NCBI GenBank assembly: GCA_038060895.1 | Contig: JBBTCT010000026.1 | Location: 39,386 to 103,385, forward strand | From: Planctomycetota bacterium | GTDB taxonomy: Bacteria; Planctomycetota; MHYJ01; WSZJ01 | Direction of reading: 5' to 3' | DNA: 64,000 nucleotides | Part shown: positions 1 to 10,547 of the stretch, piece after piece | Position numbering within the stretch: position 1 is the first letter of the stretch | Layout: each line of letters starts with the position of its first letter | Made by a program: the position numbers and the translations under genes | Notes under the pieces: generated by a model | The model's input: only the letters and a program-made list of their open reading frames with translations | Told to the model about the DNA's origin: nothing | Databases searched by the model: none

Positions 1-2
1 AC

Positions 3-452
3 GGCAAGCCGCTTCGGCTGTCGCAGGCGTTCGGGCGGCACAAGGACCTGGTTCTCGTGCACAACATGGGGACGTTCTGCCCGTACTGCACGCTCTGGGC
101 GGACGGATTCGTTTCGCTCCTTCCGCACCTGCAGGACCGCGCCGGCTTCCTGGTAGTCAGCAACGATCCTCCGGAGAAGCAGAAGGCGTTCGCGAAGTCG
201 CGCGGGTGGACGTTCCCGATGGCGAGCAGCCACGGCACCGCGTTTTTCGCCGAAATGGGATTTGCCGACAAGAACGGGAACTTCTGGCCGGGGTTCACGA
301 CTTTCCGCAGGAAGGGCAAGAGGGTCGAGCGCGTGGCGCGCCGTTTTTTCGGGCCCGGCGACGACTTCTGCAGCGCGTGGCACTTCTTTGACCTGCTGCG
401 AGAGGGCTCGAACGGGTGGCAGCCGAAGTTCAGTTATCCGGCGAAGGGTTAG
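3..452 (+). CDS. DUF899 family thioredoxin-like protein (5' truncated by window edge)
   Basis: Frame is open from position 3. Motifs HNMGxxCPYCTLWADG and RGWTFPMASS, and C-terminal FGPGDDFCSAWHFFDLL. Confidence 0.8.
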   Translation, partial: GKPLRLSQAFGRHKDLVLVHNMGTFCPYCTLWADGFVSLLPHLQDRAGFLVVSNDPPEKQKAFAKSRGWTFPMASSHGTAFFAEMGFADKNGNFWPGFTTFRRKGKRVERVARRFFGPGDDFCSAWHFFDLLREGSNGWQPKFSYPAKG

Positions 453-552
453 CACGGATCACGCCTTTCGAGACGATCGGGAATACCCGTTCGCTGCCCT
501 GCGTTCCAGTGACACACCGGGTGATCCGCTTCCACTAACTGAGGAGACTGTC

Positions 553-1173
553 ATGAGGCTGCTGCTTCGCGCGTCGTTCGCCGTTTCGCTTGTGCTTGCC
601 GCTTCCGCCGTTCTGTCCGCCGGCGACACGACCTATTACGTGGGACACAGCGAGAAGTTCGTGAACATCCAGTTCGAGTCCGAGACGGACCTGGAGACCA
701 TCATCGGCTCGACCAACAAGGCGACGGGCGAGATTCACGTCGACCTGGACAAGGGCGAAGGCTCGGTGAACCTCACGGTCGCCGTCGCCGACCTCACGAC
801 CGGGATCGCGATGCGCGACGACCACATGAGGGGGGACAACTGGCTCCAGGCGGCGAAGTTCCCCGACATCACGTTCGTGTCGAAAAAAGTGAAGCTCGAC
901 AAGGACAAGGGGACGGCGGAAGTCACCGGCGACTTCTCCATGCACGGCGTCGCGAAGGAGAAATCGGTCACGGCCACCTGGGCGGCGGTCTCGAAGGAGA
1001 GGGCCGAAAAGGCGAAGTTCCCGGCAGGCGACTGGATTCGCATCGTCGTCGAGTTCGACGTCAAGCTCGGGGACCATGGAGTTGACGCGGGGAAGGGCGG
1101 CGGCAAGGTCAGCGACGTCTGGAAGCTCAAGATGACGCTCTTCGCCTGCACTTCGAAACCTGAAAAGAAGTAG
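553..1173 (+). CDS. YceI family secreted protein
   Basis: GAGGAG RBS before ATG 553, signal peptide, TGIAMRDDHMRGDNWLQAAKFPDITF and GDFSMHGV motifs. Confidence 0.85.
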   Translation: MRLLLRASFAVSLVLAASAVLSAGDTTYYVGHSEKFVNIQFESETDLETIIGSTNKATGEIHVDLDKGEGSVNLTVAVADLTTGIAMRDDHMRGDNWLQAAKFPDITFVSKKVKLDKDKGTAEVTGDFSMHGVAKEKSVTATWAAVSKERAEKAKFPAGDWIRIVVEFDVKLGDHGVDAGKGGGKVSDVWKLKMTLFACTSKPEKK

Positions 1174-1186
1174 CACCGGCCGATTT

Positions 1187-1224
1187 CGGCCCCGGCATTC
1201 CGTATGCCGGGGCCGCTTTTTTTT
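1187..1224 (+). terminator. Rho-independent terminator
   Basis: CGGCCCCGGCAT-tccgt-ATGCCGGGGCCG stem followed by T8. Confidence 0.9.
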
Positions 1225-1258
1225 GCGCTCGCCGGGGGACGCTCCTAAGCTGGCCCCG

Positions 1259-1621
1259 ATGAGCGCCCCCATCTGCCACGTCGAGATTCCCGTCCGAAAC
1301 ATGGCCCGGGCAAAGAAGTTCTACGCCGGGGTTTTCGGATGGACGTTCAAGGCCTTTTCGCCGCGCTACGTCATGTTCATGACCGGCGAGGGCGAGAGGC
1401 TCGGCGGCGCGCTCTGCAAGACCGACCTCAAGGAGCTGCCCGCCGACGGCGGAGTCACCGTCTATCTCAAGGTGGACGCGATCAAGGAAGCGCTGTCGCG
1501 CGTGAAGGCGTGCGGCGGACAGGTGGTGCAAAAGCGGACCGAGATCGGCGGGGACAATGGATTTATCGCGTTCCTGCGCGACACCGAGGGAAACCGGATG
1601 GGGTTGTACGGCAGCCACTGA
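1259..1621 (+). CDS. VOC/glyoxalase family protein
   Basis: ICHVEIPV..RAKKFYAGVFGW and FRDTEGN-like motif (FLRDTEGNRMGL). Confidence 0.9.
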   Translation: MSAPICHVEIPVRNMARAKKFYAGVFGWTFKAFSPRYVMFMTGEGERLGGALCKTDLKELPADGGVTVYLKVDAIKEALSRVKACGGQVVQKRTEIGGDNGFIAFLRDTEGNRMGLYGSH

Positions 1622-1734
1622 GCCCGAGCGAACATCCTTCGCGGCAGGCTGCGTCGGCCCAGTGATGATTCTTGAGCGGCCTCTGGCTATCGGGCCGACT
1701 CCGCCCGCCCCGAAGGATGTTCGCTCGGGCTCAG
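1618..1734. repeat. 117-bp foldback element (MITE/REPIN-like) with 24-bp perfect terminal inverted repeat
   Basis: CTGAGCCCGAGCGAACATCCTTCG (1618-1641) pairs with CGAAGGATGTTCGCTCGGGCTCAG (1711-1734). Inner stem GTCGGCCC/GGGCCGAC. Confidence 0.8.
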
Positions 1735-1854
1735 GTCGCAATCTCGTCGGCCTCGATCTTTGTCGTTGCGAACAGTGTTTGACCACAGTCATACCGCTTA
1801 CGCCGAGAAGAGCGCCGATCCGCAATTCGTCCGCCCGGCTTAGAATCCGGCGCA

Positions 1855-4800
1855 ATGCCCACGCCCAGCGATCCTGAAGTCCGCAAGTCCGGCCCTTCCG
1901 CGGGGCCGCCGCCCTCGATGCTGCCACAACTCGAAGCGGCACGGCGGAACCCGAACCTGAATTTCGGGAAGATCACCCTGCTGGAGGAAATCGGCCACGG
2001 CGGGATGGGCGTCGTCTACCGCGCGTGGCAGATCGACCTGCAGCGAATGGTCGCCGTAAAGGTGCTGCCGGCCAATTCCGCGAGGGAGTCCGGCGCGCGC
2101 TTCCTTCGAGAAGCGCGCCTCGCTTCGAAGCTGCGCCACCCGAACATCGTCGCGGTGCACGAGATGGGCGAGCACCAGGGGCGGCCCTGGTTTTCGATGG
2201 ATCTCGTGGGCGGAGGATCGCTGGACCCGCTGGTGCGAGGGAAGAAGCTGCCCGTGAAGCGCCTGATGGAGATTCTGCGCGACGTGGCGCGGGCGCTCGA
2301 TTTCGCGCACGCGGCCGGCGTAGTCCATCGCGACATCAAGCCCGCGAACATCCTGATGGGCGCCGACGGGACGCCCTTCCTCAGCGATTTCGGCCTGGCG
2401 GGCGAAGTGGAAGACTCGGGAGCGAGGCTGACGATTTCCGGGGCGATCATGGGGACGCCGGCATACATGTCGCCGGAGCAGGCGCGCGGGCGGCATGGAA
2501 AGCCGGACGCGCGGTCGGACGTGTACTCGCTGGGCGCGGTGATGTACGAGGGACTGACGGGCGATACGCCGGTCCCGAAGGGCGACCTGGTGGAAATCGT
2601 GAGCGCGATCCTTCACACGGACCCGCCAGCGCCCGCGTCGCGGGTGAAAGACGTGCCGAAGGATGCGGAGACGATCTGCCTCAAGTGCCTGCAGAAAGAC
2701 CCGGTGCGGCGATACCAGACCGCCGGGGCGCTGGCCGACGACATCGACCGCTTCCTGCGAAGCGAGCCGATCGCAGCGCGGGCGTCGTCGCTTCTCCAGC
2801 AGGCATCGCAGCGTGTTCCGCGGCCGAAGATGCTGGCGGCGGGCGCGGTGGTGCTGCTGGTTCTGGCGGTGTTGGGGTGGCTGGTGAAGCGCGAACTCAC
2901 GCGTGGGCGGCAGATCGAGGACCTTCAGCGCCGGATGGCGGCGGCCAACACGCCCGAAGAGCGGTCGCGGATTGCGGGTGAAATGGCTGCGCTGGGGGAG
3001 AAGCCGCCTGGGGTTCCGTCGTCAGGAGAACCCGGACCCGGCTCGACGGTCAAGGCTCCTGCCCCTCCGGCAGATCCACCCAGGGTGACGAGGACCGAAA
3101 AACTCGAGAGCGAGGTCCGCTCGCACATTGACTCCCGGGAATTCAGAAGTGCCCTGGACCTGCTCGTGGGGTTCACGCCCGCGAACGACGCGGAGAACCA
3201 GGCGCGCGGGATCCTGCTCGCGCTGATCTACGGCAAAGCGCAGTCCGCCTTCGACGAGATCGAGGCGCGCGCGCAGGCGCAGCTCCTCATCGGCAACTTC
3301 GACGGCGCGGTCGCCGTCTGGGACGAGGCAACCCGGATCGGACTGGAGAAGTTCTCGAAGCTCGCCGCCGACCACGTCGCCACGGCGAGGAAGAACCGCG
3401 CATCGGGAGCCCAGGCGGCCGCGCTCGATCGCCTCGATCCTTTGCGCGAGAATCTCCTCGAGCGATGCGCGGCGCGCGACTACCCGGGCGCAATGAAGAT
3501 CCTCGACGCCCTCGAGGGCGAGGAGCCGTCGCTCGCGGCAGACCTGGCGCCGATCCGGACGGCGCTTCGCGACGCATCCGACGCGTTCAACGCCGCGCCC
3601 CGGGGAGCCGACCGGCTCAAGGGGACGAAATTCCAGACGAAAGGCGGGCTTGCTGAGATCAAGAGCGCGGACGCGTCGGGAGTGAGGGCGCTCCTGGAGG
3701 GTAAGGCCGACATCACGGTTCCCTGGCGCGAAGTCCCGGCGTCCCGGGTGGCCGACCTGGTCGCCGCAGGCGGCGCGAGCGCGGAACAGCTCGGCTCCTT
3801 TCACCTTTTCGACGGACGCGAGGCGGCAGCCGCCCTCGCCTGGGCGCCGAGCCCGCGGCGGAGGGACCTCGACGAGCTTGCGAAGTCGTTCCACGACACC
3901 ATCGCGCGCGGCGAGTCGAAGGCGCTGCTGGAAGCGCTGCTGCTTGCGGGCGACGCGAAGGACTGGAAAACAGTGCGCGATCTCCTTGCTCTTCGGGGAA
4001 AGCACGCCGCCGCGTGGAGCGCCTCGGCGGATCGGCTGGATGAGCTCGAATACATGGCGGCGGATGAGCACCCGGGCGAGCCGTTTGCGCTGAAGCCCCG
4101 GTCCATTTCGGGCGCGCTGGCCTGGAGGTACGACTTCTCCTCGACGCTTCAGATGAAGGACTGGGCACAAGTGGGCGAGAACGTGGACAGTTCCCGGGGC
4201 ACGTTCGGGCTCACCCTGGACGCCGGGCGGATCGCCCTCTCGGACGCCAATCTCCAGTTCGCGGCGCCCCTGGAAGGCGACCTGCGGCTCACGTTTGACC
4301 TGGAAGTCCGCAACCTGAAGGAAGGGTCGCACTTCGGCGCATTCCTGGGCGGCTATGTCTGGGAGCTCCGGCGAAATGGCGAAAGCCAGGTCTTCTCTCC
4401 CGGTGAGGAAGAACTCGCCAGCACGGAGAAATCCGGGGTCTCGGAAGGAGAATCCGTCCGGGCCGACATGACGATCTCCGGCGGCCGCGTCGTGTGCCGG
4501 ATCGACGGAAAGACCATTCTCGACCACGAGGCCAGCCATCACCTCGTCCCCATCCCGCCACGGATCTGGTCCGCATCAGGAGCGCGGATCGTCGTCGACA
4601 ACGTCTCCCTCTCCGGGAAACTCTTCCCCGCCTGGAGCGCGGAAACACGGGCGCGCCAGGAAAGCCTGCAGGCCGCCGGCAGGGCGACCGCATCCGTGGT
4701 CGCCTCATTCAAGGACGGCTCCTCTCTCGGCAAATTCGGCAAAGGCGACGACGGCACGTGGAAAGTCGAGGACGGCGCGCTGCGAGGGACGTCCGAGGAC

Positions 4801-5538
4801 GACGAAACTCGCGCCACGCTGACTTACGAGGAGCGGAAACTGCGCAACGTGCGGGTCCGCTTCCAGTACTGCGCGCACAAGGGCCGTCACTTCGCCCTCA
4901 CCCTCCGCCAGAACGGCGGCGAGCAAAGGTACTACCTGCCCATGGACCTTCCCGGCCAGTGGCGCTCCGTCGAGGCGGTGATTGCGGAGGAAGCGGCGGT
5001 GCTTCTCGTGGACGAGATCATCCGGGTTGAGCCGCAGGACGGGCTCGAGGCTGTCTTCCCCGGCCACGTGAATTTCACGCTCAAGGGCGCCAGCGTCTCG
5101 ATCCGGTCCGCTTCGGTGGAAGAGCTGCGCGGGCTGACACCGTCACGGGACTGGGAGGTGCTGTTTGACGGAGATGAGCCCAGGAAGCTCGTGCTGAAGG
5201 GGATCAAGCTCGACAAGGACGACCACGAGATCCGTGGAAAGGGATCGATTGACTGGCCGGATGCGGCGCCCGGTCACGAGACCAAGTGGATCGTTTATGG
5301 AGTGCACGAGGCGACGATCCGCGTGGAAGCGGGCGGGGTCGCGCTCTGGGAAATCCGCTGCCCGGACCGGTACCAGACGTTCGGGGTGCGCTGGAAGGGT
5401 GACACCGTGGACGTCATATGGAACGGGGTGGCGGCGGTACGGGACGTGAAGTGCGGAAGGTCCGGCGGCGTGAAGCTGGTCGTCGTGAAGGGAGAAGCCT
5501 CGATTGGCGGGGTGCTGACGCGCGCGTTGTCGCGCTGA
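1855..5538 (+). CDS. Membrane Ser/Thr protein kinase with long C-terminal helical and beta-sandwich domains
   Basis: GHGGMGVVY, VAVK, HRDIKPANIL, DFGLA and GTPAYMSPEQ motifs, followed by a TM helix. Confidence 0.92.
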   Translation: MPTPSDPEVRKSGPSAGPPPSMLPQLEAARRNPNLNFGKITLLEEIGHGGMGVVYRAWQIDLQRMVAVKVLPANSARESGARFLREARLASKLRHPNIVAVHEMGEHQGRPWFSMDLVGGGSLDPLVRGKKLPVKRLMEILRDVARALDFAHAAGVVHRDIKPANILMGADGTPFLSDFGLAGEVEDSGARLTISGAIMGTPAYMSPEQARGRHGKPDARSDVYSLGAVMYEGLTGDTPVPKGDLVEIVSAILHTDPPAPASRVKDVPKDAETICLKCLQKDPVRRYQTAGALADDIDRFLRSEPIAARASSLLQQASQRVPRPKMLAAGAVVLLVLAVLGWLVKRELTRGRQIEDLQRRMAAANTPEERSRIAGEMAALGEKPPGVPSSGEPGPGSTVKAPAPPADPPRVTRTEKLESEVRSHIDSREFRSALDLLVGFTPANDAENQARGILLALIYGKAQSAFDEIEARAQAQLLIGNFDGAVAVWDEATRIGLEKFSKLAADHVATARKNRASGAQAAALDRLDPLRENLLERCAARDYPGAMKILDALEGEEPSLAADLAPIRTALRDASDAFNAAPRGADRLKGTKFQTKGGLAEIKSADASGVRALLEGKADITVPWREVPASRVADLVAAGGASAEQLGSFHLFDGREAAAALAWAPSPRRRDLDELAKSFHDTIARGESKALLEALLLAGDAKDWKTVRDLLALRGKHAAAWSASADRLDELEYMAADEHPGEPFALKPRSISGALAWRYDFSSTLQMKDWAQVGENVDSSRGTFGLTLDAGRIALSDANLQFAAPLEGDLRLTFDLEVRNLKEGSHFGAFLGGYVWELRRNGESQVFSPGEEELASTEKSGVSEGESVRADMTISGGRVVCRIDGKTILDHEASHHLVPIPPRIWSASGARIVVDNVSLSGKLFPAWSAETRARQESLQAAGRATASVVASFKDGSSLGKFGKGDDGTWKVEDGALRGTSEDDETRATLTYEERKLRNVRVRFQYCAHKGRHFALTLRQNGGEQRYYLPMDLPGQWRSVEAVIAEEAAVLLVDEIIRVEPQDGLEAVFPGHVNFTLKGASVSIRSASVEELRGLTPSRDWEVLFDGDEPRKLVLKGIKLDKDDHEIRGKGSIDWPDAAPGHETKWIVYGVHEATIRVEAGGVALWEIRCPDRYQTFGVRWKGDTVDVIWNGVAAVRDVKCGRSGGVKLVVVKGEASIGGVLTRALSR

Positions 5539-5577
5539 CGCCCTCGGTTCATGGCGTAGAATCTCCGAACTCAGGGA

Positions 5578-8500
5578 GTGAGGGGAATCGTGCCGGGTTC
5601 AAGCGACAGCAACATCCGCAAGTCCATCGGCTCCGCAGGCGCCTCGCGTCCCGGCGCGGCGGAGATCGAAGCCGCGCGCCGCAACCCGAACCTGAATCTC
5701 GGGCGCACGGTCCTGCTCGAGGAGCTCGGGCGCGGCGGCATGGGCGTCGTCTACCGCGCGTGGCAGGACGACCTGCAGCGCACCGTCGCCGTCAAGATCC
5801 TCGCCGCGCACGCGCCCGGAAATGCAAACGAGCGATTTCTACGGGAAGCGCGTCTCGCGTCGAAGCTGCGCCATCCGAATATCGTGACGGTTCACGAAAT
5901 GGGTGAGCACCAGGGGCGCCCGTGGTTCTCGATGGACATCGTCGAGGGCGGATCGCTCGACCCGCTCATGCGCGGACGGAAGCTGCCGGCGAAGAAGCTC
6001 TTCGAGATCCTTCGCGACATGGCGCTCGCGCTCGAGTACGCCCACCAGCAGGGCGTCGTCCACCGCGACATCAAACCCGGCAACATCCTGATCGACGCGC
6101 AGGGAAAGCCGTACCTCACCGACTTCGGGCTGGCCGGGGACCTCGAAGGGGCCGCTCGGCTCACGATGACCGGGACGGTGATGGGAACACCTGCCTACAT
6201 GTCTCCGGAGCAGGCGCGCGGAAGCCGCGGCAAGCCGGACCACCGGACCGACATTTACTCCATGGGCGCGGTGATGTACGAGGGGCTCACCGGCCGGACA
6301 GCGGTGCCCAAGGACGACATCGTCGTAATGGTGAACCACGTCATCAACGCGCACCCCGAACCGCCGCGCTCCCTGCTCGCGTCGATCCCGGAGGACGCGG
6401 AAACCATCTGCCTGAAGTGCCTGCAGAAGGAACCGGAGCGCCGCTACCAGTCGGCCAAAGAGCTCGCCGACGACATCGACCGGTTTCTCCAGGGAAAGCC
6501 GATCAAGGCCCGCGCTTCGACCCTCCTCGAGAAAGCCTCCCGGTCGGCCTGGATGCGCCCGCCCGCCCTGGCGGGGATGGCAGCCGGGATTCTTGCCATC
6601 GTTCTCGCTGCGTGGGGGATTGGCCGTTCGCGAGCGCACGACCGCGAACTCGAGCAGCGCGAATCGGCGCTGAAGTCGAGGGAATCGGAGATCCGAAGGC
6701 TGGAGGATGCGCTCGCGAAGGCGACCGACCCGGAGGAGAAGAAGCGGCTCGCGGCGGAACTTGCGGCGAAGACAGGCGCACCGGGTGTGGCGACCGACAA
6801 GAAGCCGCCCGCGACAACAGGGGGAGGCACCACGGAGAAACCGCCCGACCCAGTCGTTCCCGTCCCGCCCAGGCCGGAACGAATTGACGGACTCGAAAGC
6901 GAACTCACCGCACGCCTCCTCCGGGGCGAATACTCGCGCGCCAGCCTGTCCCTGGAAGCGTTCCTCCCCGCGACACCGAAGGAGCGAGAGTGGCAGGCTT
7001 CCGCACGCGCCAGGATCCATGACGCTGCGGCCAGGGTTTTTGAAGGGATCGACGAACGTGCAAAGGGACTTCTCGCCGCGGGGCGAATTGATGAAGCGAT
7101 CGCCACCTGGAATGAAGCGAACGCCATCGGCCTCCAGGTCTTCACCCTCCTCGCTGCGGAGCGCATCGAATCCGCCAGGTCGCCGGCGACCAAACCGCGC
7201 GAAGCCGCGCTTCTCCGCCTCGGACCGCTTCGCGACACCGTCTCGGCGCTGGCTTCGAAACGGAACTACGACGAGTCACTGAAGGAGATTGCAACGCTGG
7301 AGAAGGCCGAGCCGTCGCTGGTTCAGGATCTCCTGCCCCTCCGGGAGGCCGTCGAGGCCGCCAGGAGCGTGTTCGCATCTGCCGCGAAGGGCGCCGCCGC
7401 GTCGAAGGGGAAAGAAATTGCGACCAAGGTCGGGCCTGGGAAGATCGAGGAGGCTGGCGACAAGACGTTCAAGACGAAGGTCGGTTCCGCGACCCTCACC
7501 TTTACGTACGCCGAGCTTGCCGCCGAGCCGCTCGTGCAGCTCGCGGAGGCCGGCCAGGCGCAGCCCGAGGCCATAGGGGTGTTCTGGCTATTCGAGGGCC
7601 GCGCGGACCTCGCCGCGAAGGCGTGGACGAAAAGTCCCCGCAAGCCGGATCTCGATGCTCTCGCGGCTTCGCTGAGGGCAGCTTCCCTCGAACGCGAGGC
7701 GCGCGGGGCGGTGGAGGACCTTCTGACGGCGGCGGAGAAGAAGGACTGGAAGCGCTGCCGCGAGATTCTTGCGCTGCGCGACAGGTACGCGGGGACGACG
7801 GCATGGGGCGCGATTTCCGAACGGCTGGAGGACATCGCGTTCGAGGCTGCGGAGAAGAAGGGGGACGAGCTGTTTGCCGTCGCAGGGCGAAAAGTGGGCG
7901 CGGGGCAGGAATGGCGGTATGACTTCAAGGACGCGGCGCAACTCCGTGACTGGGGGCAGACCGGCGGAGGTTTCTACTCCGCCACGGGTTCCGCAGGGCT
8001 CGGCTGGGACGCCGGCAGCGCATCGCTGTCCATGACGGGCGCCGAATACTTCGCCCCGGTCGAGGGGGAACAGCGGCTCGCGATTGAGATCACGCTGACC
8101 ACCTTCGCGCGGGAAGGATGCGTGGAGCTCCTTGCCGGCGGATACCGCGTGGACTTCTGCGAAGGAGGCTACGCCAACCTGCACGGCCCGGACGGCAAGC
8201 GTATCGCCGAAGCGACCCTTCCCTCGCTCGTCACCGGGAAGCCGGTCAGGATCGAGCTGAACCTCGCCGACGGCCGCGTGCGCGCGCTGCTGGACGGAAA
8301 AGAAGTCCTGTCGGGTGAAATGGCGCACCCGATCCTGCCGATGCCGCCGCGGATCGACATGATCAAGTCGGCCGCGGGACGCATTCACCGCGCGACGCTT
8401 TCCGGCCGCATTCCCCCGGGATGGGCCGAGACGGAAAAGAGCCGGCGCGCCGTCCTGGCCCGGGCGGGGCGGCCATCATCGCTCGGGAAGCCCCTCATCC

Positions 8501-9327
8501 TGACGGACGGAAAATCGATGGGCGTCTTCACCACGGCAGAGGGCGGCGCGTGGGAAGTCCGCGACGGCGCGCTGCGCGGCTCTTCACCATCGGACGGCGT
8601 TCACGCCGAGCTGCACTACCCGGAGCCGAAGCACCGGAACGTCCGCCTGAAGTTCTCCTACCAGATTCACTCGGGAAGGCTGCTCGAAGTCCTCATGCGC
8701 GGGGGCAACGCCCGAGTGGGGTTCAACCTGCCGACCGACCGGCCAGGAAAGTGGCGCGAGGTCGAGATCCTGATGGCAGAGGAATCCGTTCAGTGCCTGG
8801 TGGACGGACAGGTTCCGGTCCTGGGAATCGGCCAGTTGCCGGAGGTCGCCGAAGGCGGTCTGAGGTTCACTCTTCAGACCACGGTCGCGTCGATTCGCAA
8901 CATGACGATGCAGGAGATCAAGGGCCTCCCCGCCACCCCTGAATGGACGGTCCTGCTCGACGGGAACCCGGTGCCGGAGGTGCGCGCTGCGGGTCCGACC
9001 TGGAACAAGGACAGCAGGCTTTACGCGGGAATGGGCTCCCTCGAATTCGACCTGAAGACACTTCCCTGCGAGTACTTCTGGCGACTCGAGGATTGCCACG
9101 GCCGGTTCACGCTCGAGGTCCGCGGCCAGAAAGTCGCTGATTTCTTCTGCGCCCTCGACCACCGGATCCTCCTTCTCCGCGTCCGCGGGGATGCGGCGGA
9201 CGTGCTCCTCAATGGCGTCGAGCTCGCGCGCGACATCAAACTCCCAAAGGGAACAGGGAGCGCGAAGCTGACCGCCTCCGAAGGCGATGCGAAGATCCCC
9301 TCCATCTGCCTGAGACCCCTGCGCTGA
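5578..9327 (+). CDS. Membrane Ser/Thr protein kinase, paralog of 1855..5538
   Basis: Same kinase motifs, shared EAARRNPNLNxG lead-in and collinear C-terminal domains (WRYDF..QLxDW; WxVxDGALRG). Confidence 0.92.
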   Translation: MRGIVPGSSDSNIRKSIGSAGASRPGAAEIEAARRNPNLNLGRTVLLEELGRGGMGVVYRAWQDDLQRTVAVKILAAHAPGNANERFLREARLASKLRHPNIVTVHEMGEHQGRPWFSMDIVEGGSLDPLMRGRKLPAKKLFEILRDMALALEYAHQQGVVHRDIKPGNILIDAQGKPYLTDFGLAGDLEGAARLTMTGTVMGTPAYMSPEQARGSRGKPDHRTDIYSMGAVMYEGLTGRTAVPKDDIVVMVNHVINAHPEPPRSLLASIPEDAETICLKCLQKEPERRYQSAKELADDIDRFLQGKPIKARASTLLEKASRSAWMRPPALAGMAAGILAIVLAAWGIGRSRAHDRELEQRESALKSRESEIRRLEDALAKATDPEEKKRLAAELAAKTGAPGVATDKKPPATTGGGTTEKPPDPVVPVPPRPERIDGLESELTARLLRGEYSRASLSLEAFLPATPKEREWQASARARIHDAAARVFEGIDERAKGLLAAGRIDEAIATWNEANAIGLQVFTLLAAERIESARSPATKPREAALLRLGPLRDTVSALASKRNYDESLKEIATLEKAEPSLVQDLLPLREAVEAARSVFASAAKGAAASKGKEIATKVGPGKIEEAGDKTFKTKVGSATLTFTYAELAAEPLVQLAEAGQAQPEAIGVFWLFEGRADLAAKAWTKSPRKPDLDALAASLRAASLEREARGAVEDLLTAAEKKDWKRCREILALRDRYAGTTAWGAISERLEDIAFEAAEKKGDELFAVAGRKVGAGQEWRYDFKDAAQLRDWGQTGGGFYSATGSAGLGWDAGSASLSMTGAEYFAPVEGEQRLAIEITLTTFAREGCVELLAGGYRVDFCEGGYANLHGPDGKRIAEATLPSLVTGKPVRIELNLADGRVRALLDGKEVLSGEMAHPILPMPPRIDMIKSAAGRIHRATLSGRIPPGWAETEKSRRAVLARAGRPSSLGKPLILTDGKSMGVFTTAEGGAWEVRDGALRGSSPSDGVHAELHYPEPKHRNVRLKFSYQIHSGRLLEVLMRGGNARVGFNLPTDRPGKWREVEILMAEESVQCLVDGQVPVLGIGQLPEVAEGGLRFTLQTTVASIRNMTMQEIKGLPATPEWTVLLDGNPVPEVRAAGPTWNKDSRLYAGMGSLEFDLKTLPCEYFWRLEDCHGRFTLEVRGQKVADFFCALDHRILLLRVRGDAADVLLNGVELARDIKLPKGTGSAKLTASEGDAKIPSICLRPLR

Positions 9328-9389
9328 CCCGCGCGGACCTCCCGCGCGTTGACGGACCGCCCCCGGTCGGGGATGGTATCGCACCTCCC

Positions 9390-10547
9390 TTGCGCATCCT
9401 CATCGTCACCGGCACGTTCCACCCCGAGGCGGGCGGCCCTTCGCGCTACCTCCTCAACCTCGCCACGGACCTCGCGCGCGCCGGCCACGGCGTCTCGGTC
9501 GTCACTTTCGGTGAACCGTTCGAGCACGCGTACCCGTTTGCCGTGAAGCGCATCTCGCGAAAGTGGCCGGTCCCCGTGCGGCTGGCTCTCATGGCGGCTT
9601 CGATCATCCCGCGCGCGGCGACGGCCGACCTTCTCTTCGTCAATGACTACGGCCTCCCGCCCGCCATCGTCAACCTGTCTCTCCGCAAACCCATGGTCAT
9701 GAAGATCGTCGGCGATTTCGCCTGGGAATGGTCCGTCCGCCACGGGCACGTGACCGAGAACATCGATGACTTCCAGGTCCATGGCCACGACGCGACGGTG
9801 TCGCTCGTGAAGGGGCTGCAGCGCTTCTACGCCGGCCAGGCCGACCGGATCATCACGCCGAGCGGATACCTGCGGGGGATCGTCGGCGGATGGGGAATCG
9901 ACAGCGCGCGTGTCCGGGTCGTCACGAACGCCGTGGACCCCGCGAAGTACGTTTTCCCGGAGTCGCGGGAAGCGGCGCAGAAGGCGCTCGGGCTCGAGGG
10001 GCGCTTCGTCGTGACGGTCGCGCGGCTGACGCCGTGGAAGGGGGTGGACGCGCTGATCCGGTGCGTCCCGCGGCTGCCTTCCGGCTGGAAGCTGCTGGTG
10101 GTCGGCGACGGGCCGGAGCGCGCGCGGCTCGAAGCGCAAACGCAGGCCGCCGGATTGACGCAGCGCGTTATTTTCACGGGGGAAGTCGCGCAGGACCAGG
10201 TGCCGGGATACCTCCGCGCCAGCGACATCTTCGCGCTCTTCACCGGCTACGAAGGCCTTTCCCACGTGCTCCTGGAAGCGCAGCTGGCCGGGCTCCCGAC
10301 GGTGGCGACGCGCAAGGGCGGGAACCCCGAGGTGATCCGGCATGGCGAGAACGGAATTCTCGTCGAGTACGGGGACGAGGACGGGTTGTGCCAGGCGCTG
10401 GTGCGGCTGGCCGGGGACGAGGCGGTTCGGGCGAAACTGGCGGAGAATGCGCGTCGCGCCTCGGCAGAATTCGACTGGAGCCGCCTCATGGAAAGGACGA
10501 CGGCGGTTTTCCGGGAGGCGGCGTTCGGGGTGGAGGGAAACCGATGA
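9390..10547 (+). CDS. GT4 glycosyltransferase
   Basis: MRILIVTGTFHPEAGGP N-terminus and EGLSHVLLEA motif. The frame begins at CTG 9389-9391 region per ORF track, so the start is uncertain. Confidence 0.88.
   Translation: MRILIVTGTFHPEAGGPSRYLLNLATDLARAGHGVSVVTFGEPFEHAYPFAVKRISRKWPVPVRLALMAASIIPRAATADLLFVNDYGLPPAIVNLSLRKPMVMKIVGDFAWEWSVRHGHVTENIDDFQVHGHDATVSLVKGLQRFYAGQADRIITPSGYLRGIVGGWGIDSARVRVVTNAVDPAKYVFPESREAAQKALGLEGRFVVTVARLTPWKGVDALIRCVPRLPSGWKLLVVGDGPERARLEAQTQAAGLTQRVIFTGEVAQDQVPGYLRASDIFALFTGYEGLSHVLLEAQLAGLPTVATRKGGNPEVIRHGENGILVEYGDEDGLCQALVRLAGDEAVRAKLAENARRASAEFDWSRLMERTTAVFREAAFGVEGNR

Noticed and set aside
9890-10543. N-terminal extensions of ORF-track calls (9890, 12336, 21433, 22932, 35987) suggesting fusions
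   Set aside because: The extensions overlap neighbouring genes in another frame. Real starts are the downstream coupled or RBS-preceded ATGs.
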